Assembly (NCBI GenBank): GCA_964016885.1
Contig: OZ024740.1
Coordinates: forward strand, 374,790,001-374,854,000
Length of the DNA: 64,000 nt
Direction: 5' to 3'
DNA from: Eledone cirrhosa
Taxonomy: Eukaryota
Positions within the stretch are counted from its first letter, which is position 1; each line of letters begins with the position of its first letter. The notes below the pieces were generated by a model. The model ran no database searches. It had not been told where the DNA came from and saw only the letters and a list, made by a program, of their open reading frames with translations. Positions 55,172-64,000 of this stretch are shown piece by piece. Made by a program: the position numbers and the translations under genes.

Positions 55172-55384
55172 TATATATATATAATAATAAAAGGTTACAG
55201 TGTCGTAAAGGAGGAGAGAAAGAGAAGGTATAAAGAGGTGCGATACAGAATATTACATGCCAAAAGCGGGTGCATATATATATATATATATATAATAGAA
55301 ACATTTGAACAGGGACAAAACAGAGAGGCAGTACAACAAATGTTTATTAATTTCACGCTCTGGAGAGTGGGGTGTTGGTGGGGG

Positions 55385-55416
55385 ACGACGTTTCGGGCAT
55401 ACGCCCTTCCTCGGGT
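55385..55416 (-). ncRNA. Minimal HHR variant in PLE pLTR
   Basis: Minus strand CCGAGGA-A-GGGC(GTAT)GCCC-GAAA-CG-TC. U4 is changed to C; GUC triplet; stem I eroded. Confidence 0.65.
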
Positions 55417-58400
55417 GGGAAGTGTGTGGCAACAGAGTTCAAAGGGTGTGTAGGGGAGTGGTGGAGAGACATATAGCGAAAGGAAACGGTGCGAATGAAA
55501 AAATAAAAAATAAAGATAAAAATAAAAATAAAGCATGATCAAAATACAAGGAATAAGATAAATTTAAAAATAAAGGCATGATCAAAATAAACTGAAATTA
55601 AAAGGGGGTTAAACAGGTGCTGGAAGGGTGTGGGGTGTGTAGGGATGGTGGCGTGGGGAGAGGGAGACGGGGTGTCCGAGCGGGGAGGGCTGAAGGTGGT
55701 GTGTAGGTGTGCGTGTGTGTGTGTGTGTGTATGTGAAAGTAAGGGTTGGGGGAAGAACGGGGTTGCATGTTCAGGAAGAGGTGTGTGTGGGGGGGAAGTT
55801 TGTGGGTCGGAGTGTCTGTGCGTGTGTGGATAGAGGGGTGGGGGAGAGGAATCAGGAGGCTGAGGGTGTAGATATGTGGTGGAAAGCACGTGTGTGGGGT
55901 TTAAGCGTGTTGTCGGTGTAGGTGGCGTGTGGAGAGAAAAAAAATTATTTGGGGTGTGTGTGTGGGTGAGTTATACAGGTGGGTACGTAAGAGGATGGTT
56001 GAAAAGTTGATAAATTCCGGAGATGTTTAGTGGATTAGTGACTGGTCAATTTCTGCGTGTGTGTATTCCATGAAGCGATGGTCCGAAGAGGAGAGATGTG
56101 GGGTGCGCGCGCAACAGGAAGTGGTCATCAGTGGGAGTGCTGTGGTCTGTTCGTGCTGGGAGCTGGTCAGAGGGCATAGCAGCAGTCGGTGGAATGGTAA
56201 AGGGGCGAGGATGGGTAGGTGTGAAAGTTGGAGTGAGGAGGGGGTGTGTGTGTGTATTAGTAGGGGTGTTAGTGGGATGAGTGAGTGTTGAGCGAGGGTG
56301 TGGGTGGAGCGGGGAGAGAAGGGTGTGTGTGGTTCTATGGAGGGAGTGTGGTGTACCGGTGTGTGTAGTTTGATGAAGAGGTGTTAGTGGGTGTTAGTAT
56401 ACGGGAGGTGGGGAGGGGTTGAATGCAGGTGTGAGTGGGGGTACGTGGTGGTAGGGTGTGTAGTGTTGGTGGTGTACGAGGGTGTGTGGGTACGTGTGCG
56501 TGGGGTTGGGGGTGTTAGTGATGTAAGTTGCGTGTGGGGTGGGTGGTGTAAGTGGGTGCGTGTGTTCGTGTGCTTGGGGTTAGGGGGTGCTAGTGAGGTT
56601 AGTTGCGGGGTGGTGGGATGGAGGTGTGGGGTGAGAGGTGTGGGGTGAGGGTTAGTGGTGGTAGTAGGGTGTGTGTTTAGTGTGAACGCGTGTATATATG
56701 TGCCGGTGGGTGTGTGCGTGTGATAAGGGGGGGAGGAGAAGAGGGGAGGGAAGGGATGTTAGTATGTTAGTTGGGGAAGGGTGGTCAGATGAGGGGTGGA
56801 GTGGAGGTGTTAGTTGTGGGGTGGGCGGTGAAAAGGAGGGGTGTGTTAGTAGTGTTAGTGGGGGATGAGTGTGGGGGGAGGGGGGCGGTCGAAGGCTAAA
56901 GGAATAAGGCTGGGGTGTTCAGGCCGGGGGGAGTGTGGGTCTGTAATAGTTCGTTGTTCGACCGTAAGGCGGTGGGCGGGGGTTCCGTGGCACTGGAGTA
57001 GGCCACAGACTGTGAGATGGCGTGCGGAATGTCCAGGGTCACCAAAGTGGCGGGCGATGGAGGAACTGCCCCCGAGACGAATATCCCGGAGGTGTATGTG
57101 ACTCGGTCCGCCAGGCGACGTCTCGTCTGTCCGACATAAGTCGCGCTGCACTACGTGCAGCGAAGTTCCTAGACTAGGTTGGAGGAGGTGCAGCGGAAGG
57201 CATGCCGGACCGAGAGAGTGGCCGTTGGGACCCTGGAAGGTGGTGGTGTTGGTGATGCGGGGACAGGTGTTGCAGCGGTGCCTAGAACAGGGAAATGAAC
57301 CGGGGGGGGGGGAACATACGTGGGTTGGGGGGTAGGGAACTGTGGACGAGGAGGGTGCGGAGATTGCGTGCGCGTTTGAAGGAGGGGAGTGGTGGGGTTG
57401 GGAAGATGTGGGAGGTGGAGGAGTCGGACTGGAGGCGTCGGAAGAGGCGGCGGATGGTGCGGTGGAGGGGTAAGTGGGAGGGGTGGTAGGTGATGGGGAA
57501 GGGGAGACGGTGGGTGGGTGTGCGGTGGCGTGGGGTGAGGGTGGTGGAGCGGGGGACAGTACGGGCGCGGGTGAGAGCGGTGTGTACGAGAGAGGGGGCG
57601 TAACCTCTGCGGATGAAATGGCTGACTAGGGAAAGGGCCTGGGACTCAAAGTCAGCATCACCGCTACAGAGGCGGCGGATCCTGAGAAGTTGGGAGTAGG
57701 GAATGGAGTGTTTAATGTGGGTGGGTGGGAAGAGGTGAAGTCGAGGTAAGAGTGGGAGTCGGTGGGTTTGAAGAAGGCGGAGGTGACGAGGGAGTGGTGG
57801 GAGGGGTCGAAGGCGACGGAGATGTCTAAGAAGTGGACGTGGGTAGTGGAGATGAGGTGGTGAAGTGGAGGGAGGGGTGGATGGAGCAGAAGAAGGAGAG
57901 AAAGGAGTCGAGCTATTCTCGGGTGAGGGTCGTGGCTCCGATACAGTCGTCAATCTAACGACTGTACAGTTCGGGCGTGGGGCCGGTGTACTGGGCAAAG
58001 ATTTGGGCCTCAACATGGCCAACAAAAAGGTTGGCATAGTTCGGGCCCATTCTTGTACCCATGGCTACCCCCGTGACCTGTTGGTAAAACTCACCCGAGA
58101 AGGAGAAACAATTCAGGGTGAGTACCAGCTCGGCGAGGCGAAGGAGGGTGGAAGGAATGGGGGAGGGGCGAAGGTCGAGGTAGTGTTTGAGGGCGCGAAG
58201 GCCGTCGGCGTGGGTGATGACTGTATAGAGGGACTTGATGTCTAGGGTTAAGATGAAGGGCTGTGGGCTGGGTGGGTAGGTGAAGGAGTCGAAAAGGCGC
58301 AGGGCGTGGTTGGTGTCGGAGATGTGGGAGGGGAGGGTGGTGACAAGGGGGGCGAGGAGGGAGTCGAGAAAGGCGGAGATGAGTTCGGTGGAGCAGTTGC

Positions 58401-59130
58401 AAGCGGAGACGATGGGGCGGCCGGGGTTGTCGGGTTTGTGGAGTTTGGGGAAGAAGTAGACGGTGGGGGTGCGGGGGGTGCGGACAATGAGGTGGGAAGC
58501 GGTGGGTGGAGGGGGGAGGAGGCGATAAGGTCTTTGATGGTGGAGGAGACTTGTTGTTGGTAGAGGGGTGGGATCGGAGGGTAGAGGGCGGTAAAAGAGG
58601 GGGTTACATCTCGGCTACGGAGGGAGCGGAGAGCGAGGAGTTCGCCCCGTGAAATATTGTACCGTTTGGAACGGTGGCGGAAGTCGAAACAATTTACAGC
58701 GCTACGGCTGGCATCGACGAAGGCGTCCAGGGTGCTAAATTGCCCTGGGGCCGGCGTCCAAGAAGATGGTCGTCGGCCCAGGGCAAGAAACGGGTCTGGG
58801 GCGTCCGGAGCCGGTGGCGTTCGGCTGAAATGGGCCTGTAGCTTAGTGCGTCGCACGAATCGCTCGACTTCCGTTCGGGTGCGGAACTCGTCGCTGTGCG
58901 GAGTGTGGGGTATGAAGCGAAGGCCTCTACTAAGGAGTGAGCGCTCAGGTGCGGAGAGGGGGAGGTCAGGGGGTATGGTGACAACAAGGGGTGTGGTTTG
59001 GATGTTTGGGGGGCAATGGAGGGTGTGTGAGGGGTGAGGTGGATGGTGGAGATTGGGTAGGGGTGTGGGTCAAGGGAGAGGTGGAGAGTGGTGGGCGTAT
59101 GGGGATGGGCGGGTGGTGGTGGATGGGAGT

Positions 59131-59158
59131 GGGGGGGGGGGGGGGGGGGGGGGGGGGT
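59131..59158 (+). repeat. Poly-G tract (~28 nt)
   Basis: Direct observation. Confidence 0.9.
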
Positions 59159-59779
59159 GTAGCTTGCGGGCTTTGGTGGAGCTGAGGAACGAGAAGAGGT
59201 TGTGGTTGAGGTTTTGGAATATATATATATATATATATATCTGTCTCTTTGTGGGTTGTATGCACCAAAAAAGATGTCCGGAAATACATGTTAAGGAGTC
59301 ATTAGAAGGCATTGCGAGGCCCATGTAAATACGAATGGGGAGGCCTTATATTACTTTTATTGTAGCAATGGACTCTCTATTATGAACACCTTCTATACCT
59401 GAGATATCCATAAATATTCATGGTATAAGGGGAATCAGGGAAATATATCAATAATTGATTTTATTATTGTCTCTGATCTCATCGATTCTATGTTGGATGT
59501 CCGTGATAAGTGTGGGGCCGTGCTGTCAATTAATCACCATTAATTCAATCAAGAGGTCAATTATACCATCCGAGCGAAAAAGATTGACTACGGAGTTCGG
59601 GTTAGAAATAATTCTGTCTTCTTACACTTGTGGTACAGCAGAGATAGTAAATGCGTCCAAAGTTTAGACAAGGAATGACTTTTGGGTTAAGATGGAATTC
59701 GACTTCAGATCAGCAAATAACGTGCCAATGCACACCAGCCCCGGTTCGTAATAATAAGGCATCTCCCATAAGAGTAATG

Positions 59780-60400
59780 GATAAGATGAAATCCAGCCCG
59801 AGATGTTAAGCACATTAAATAGAGAAGGGATTATATGGCTGACTCGTGTGCCGGATGTCCTGTATCTCTGGAGAAACATCTAAATAATGACAATCAGGAG
59901 TGATAATCCTTATTTTCAAATCGGCAGACAAGAGAGATTGTTCAAATTGAAGAAGAATCTCATTGTTTAGTATCCACGGTAAAGGGTTAGGTTCGAATGA
60001 AGTGTCTGTCAATGATATGCAAAGAGATTGTCGAGCCAAAGCTAGCTGATGAACTGTGCGGTATTCAGACTGCAGCAGGTCGTCTAGAAATAGTCGGATT
60101 ATTGCCAAGATGTGTATACTTGTTTTGTCGACCTTGAAAAGGCAAATCAATGCGTTCCTCGGGATTTGCAGTGTAAGATTGTGCAGTAATATGGGATCGC
60201 ATGGGGATGCAGCCTGATCAGTTGGAGAAGTTGCTTCTGATAGCCCCACCTGGAATGAGTGTTTGAGGACTCTGCTCCCACGACGCTCTCAGAAATAAGT
60301 TGGGGAGAAGAAGCCTTGAGGGCGGCTGACCGGCCTAGAAGTTGCCAAATGTTCGGCCGCCCTCATGTCTCTGATTATTAGCCCCATGGATTTTGTCTAA
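59780..60400 (+). mobile_element. Decayed RTE LINE fragment
   Basis: GVIILIFKSADKRDCSN*RRISLFSIHGKG, followed by CFVDLEK. Confidence 0.65.
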
Positions 60401-60421
60401 TATATACGTTTGTTATATTTC

Positions 60422-60485
60422 GAATTCCTGATGATGTCACCGGATTCATACTGAACCCGGTCATTGAAATGATCATAGTATAATA
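60422..60485 (+). ncRNA. Minimal HHR in an orphan pLTR
   Basis: CTGATGA (60428)...ACCGG.TTCA(TAC)TGAA.CCGGT...GAAA (60466)-TGATCA-TA. Palindromic stem III, followed by AATAAA; stem I is weak. Confidence 0.7.
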
Positions 60486-61243
60486 AACCTTTTAAGGAAT
60501 TACACCAGTCCAGCCTCCTGTTATCTTATAATAATTAACTCCGTACTCGCACCACCAACAACACAAACGAAGACGGGTGAGTTGCATTACGTCGAGTGCT
60601 CTCCATAATATATCGAGGTTGACCATACAGAATGACCAGTCCTATCCTGTGGTGAACCAACAAACTTAAATAAATATATATATATATGTTTTAAACACTT
60701 TTGATACTTCTCCCCAGCTAATTTCTGAGAGCGTCGTGGGACTAATAAAACTATGATTGTGTGTTTGTCTGTAATGAATACAGCCAAAAAAAAAACGCAT
60801 AATGTGAAAATACTTTAAAAGGAGGTTGCCCCTAAAATAGGAATACAAATAGATTAAAACAATTTTCGTGTAAATCGGAACACGAGTTCCCGAGAAACGG
60901 GGTTTTTCTGGGTACCTTCATAAATAGAGAGACAGAAAGTTATAGAGAAAGAGGTAGTGATTCAGAGAGAGTAGAATGAAAAAGAGACATAGAGAGATAT
61001 AGAGAAGGAGCCAGAGAAGTAAATTGGAAAAGAGAGAAAGAGCTGTCGGTGTTGTTGAGTGCAATTATATCCCGTGATTTCAAAGAAACGAATACAGCAA
61101 TATTGTATCTAATTCGAATTTGGAGGCTGAATATTAAGTCATGTGTATCATATAATCTTTTCTTAGGACAAGGAAGGGTTTCTAAGTGGGTGTTTATATG
61201 TGTGTATCTCTAACCAGTATGCATAGTTCGCAGACCCCCGCCC

Positions 61244-61310
<67 letters not shown>

Positions 61311-62109
61311 CACACACACCCGCCCACACAGATATATATATATATATATTTCATTTTACATTATATACGTATGTCTATATTTTAATCATTTACTCCCTCC
61401 TCCACATCTTCCTCCTCATCCTCTTCCTCTCATCATCATCCCTCTTCTTCTTCTTCTTCTTCTTCTTCTTCTTCTTCTTCTTCTTCTTCTTCTTCTTCTT
61501 CTTCTTCTTCACCTACTTGTCCTGAGAATATTGAGGAGACAGTGTCCTTAAACACACCTGTTACTCCTCCTATAGCTTCTTCTCTCGTGTTTCTTTTTGA
61601 TATTATTCTTATTCTTATTGTCCTTCTAATTCTTCTAAGTAGCGGATTTTGGAATGAGCGGTTACCAAAACATAAAATCTGCTACCCTTGCTGTCAATTG
61701 CGACGATGATGATGCCGGTGCGGCTGTCATTTTTGTCGTGAATATTGTTGTTGTTGGTGTTTTCCTTGATGATTTTGTTGTTGGTGCAGAAGACACACCG
61801 AGAGTGAACCAAACTTAATGTCAAAAAAGAATGCCTAAAATAATCGCCACTGAATGTAAAACCATCAGAATCAGTGGTGCGAAACGATATCGAATGTTTT
61901 ATTTTCTACAAATTGTCTTTGCAATCCTTTCCTTTTTATCTCCATTTCTCTTCTCCAATTGTTTATATTCTTTCTTTCTTCTTCTCTTTATCTTTTTCTC
62001 CTCTTCTCCTTTTCACTGCTATTATACCTCCTTTTTTCAACTCGTTTCCTGTACCTATACCCGTTGATTAGTTATCATTAAGTAGAAATTTACTGTTGTT
62101 ATTTTACTT

Positions 62110-62300
62110 GGCAGTGGATTGGCAGTATCCGTAAAGGGTCAGACGCCATGCTTTGCAGCATAGAGTTATGCCCTTTGCGATCTGAGTTCAAATCCCACCG
62201 AGGTTAACTTTGCCTGTCATCCTTACAGGATCGATAGAATAAAGTACCAGTAATTGCACTGGGTTAATTGCTTGCCTTGTGCCAAAAGTAGAAGCAATCA
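62110..62300 (+). mobile_element. tRNA-derived SINE copy
   Basis: GGCAGTGGATTGGCAGTATC...GAGTTCAAATCCC...AAAGTACCAGT...AAAGTAGAAGCAAT. Confidence 0.9.
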
Positions 62301-64000
62301 TTTCTTAATGATGTACAAATGCGATCATCGTATTTGGCATGCTGAAATACGGAGGTGTGAAACATCTTTGAGTTTTATAAACAAAATATTTATTTTAATC
62401 TTATTTACATATAATGCAAATTCTAATAGTCATAGGTCAACATCAACATGATTCCGAATAAAGGTGTATATGAGGCCATATTTAATATATTTATTTATGT
62501 TAAACGTACATTACGCCATAATATAAATATTTGATAATGGTATAATGATAAATTCTTCATAATAAATGCGTGAATATCTAATTTTGACATGTGCGTGTAA
62601 TCTGTAAAGTAATGTTTAAAATATATGTCACTCGAGCTCAACTAGGGCCGTAATTTATAATGTTATTAATTCAATATATTCACACTTGATGAATGTCAGG
62701 AAAGTTAGTCTTCACGTATAAAAAGATATGCATGAAAGGTCTTATTAATTTAATGATGGATTGTATACCCGGTATTTACTGTCGCCAAATCTGTTAAATA
62801 AAGCACCTATTGGCATATATCGTAATGACCATTGTCCTTCCCTATTGCTTAACATAATGTAAAAAGTGTATTTATCTAAATACAGAAATTAATGCAGAAA
62901 ATAATAGTAAAATTTATTCTACGAAAATTGTTACACATAACTTTTTTCTTCAGGACATATATGATAAGTTTGTGGGGGCTTTCTATTCTGAAATGATCAA
63001 CATATAATTGACCATGTAAGAAACAGCCCTCTTCTTTATTGAGGACGGACCACCATCAGTGTTTTATCTAGGGACTAGTTAATAGTCATTATGTAACTGA
63101 TTCTCACTGGGAATTGCAATCGTTTGAAACAAAAAGGGACCTATGCTGGTATTAGTGATATTCTAGGTATAAAAACGATATCGCACTTACTATATCCAGT
63201 GAAGACTTTGCTTTGATAATGTAAGGTTGTAGTTGAGTCACAAGCATACTCGTCCCATTGCACAATCATGACTTACACATGTTTCTGAGAAGCATGATGA
63301 CTCTGCGCTTATTCAAGTGAAGTTAGTGATTTATCTTCAAATGAATCTGATGTTTATATTTCTGAAATTTCGTCCAATGATGATTGTTGTTTTGAAAGTG
63401 AAAACGAAGGTCTCCATATCTCCTCTCCCTCACTCTCTTTATAAGGATTGTCAATAAAGTTTGTTATCTCCCTTACATCATGGACTTTAGAACACATAAT
63501 ATTTGCTATCGATAATTTTGCTATCGATTTTTTATTGTTCAACGTAGATCGATTTGAAAAGGGTTTGTGGTATGACCATCTTAGCGAGATGTACAACGTT
63601 CACAGAACATTTGGTCAATTTCGGTTGGGAATTGTAAAAGCCTTAGGTATCCAAATTTGTACACAGACACACAAATAGAAAGTATACACATATTGGCTCT
63701 CGGACTTTTACCTCTTGGTCGAAGAAAACAATGCGTGTAAATGACGCTCCGCCGATAACCGAAAATAGACAATCACAAAATGCGGTGAGTACAGTTATTG
63801 CAACATCTTCGTCCGCCGCTGAGCCTCGCTTAGTGCAGAGAACCGATAATGCTAAAGCAACTGCTGCAGCATGAGCTGGAGAGACTACAGAGCAACACGC
63901 CTTGCTATGGATGCTACAGCTACTACTGCAGCAAGATCTGTAGAGACAGTAAACAAATATGAAACACGCCATGCGCGTAATGCTTCAGCTAATTCTGCAG

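Larger units (their letters stand above)
55290..59220 (-). mobile_element. PLE (Neptune-like) with extremely C-rich coding strand, decayed
   Basis: RGLRFIPH, YFFPKLHKP..PGRPIVS, LDIKSLYTVI, GVAMGTRMGPNYANL, R*IDD, HSIPYSQLLRIRRLC, ITYHP, YVGQT. Long C/A-rich 3'UTR ending in an HHR. Confidence 0.9.

Overview
AT-rich animal genomic DNA, very probably cephalopod/octopus-like. That is an inference from the dense (TA)n/(ATT)n/(CATA)n microsatellites and the repeat families. I see no host protein-coding gene. The window is a graveyard of non-LTR retroelements: at least seven Penelope-like element (PLE) fragments, including a Naiad-type RT running off the left edge; R4/Dong-type RT+REL LINEs; Tx1/L1 LINEs; RTE and CR1-group LINEs; and about 8 copies of one tRNA-derived SINE. 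Most ORF-track entries are microsatellite or antisense artefacts. The unexplained structure is non-coding. About 10 hammerhead-ribozyme (HHR) motifs can be read directly in the sequence. Two loci are ~535-nt non-coding units present as more-than-unit-length repeats. The one at 39614-40913 has an exact 534-nt period, a direct-plus-inverted multimer layout and HHR-like folds on BOTH strands, and its inversion junction falls at the predicted cleavage site of one of them. This looks like an integrated viroid-like/retrozyme circular RNA mobilised by PLE reverse transcriptase (hypothesis). All alignments and folds were done by eye; the boundaries of decayed elements are approximate.
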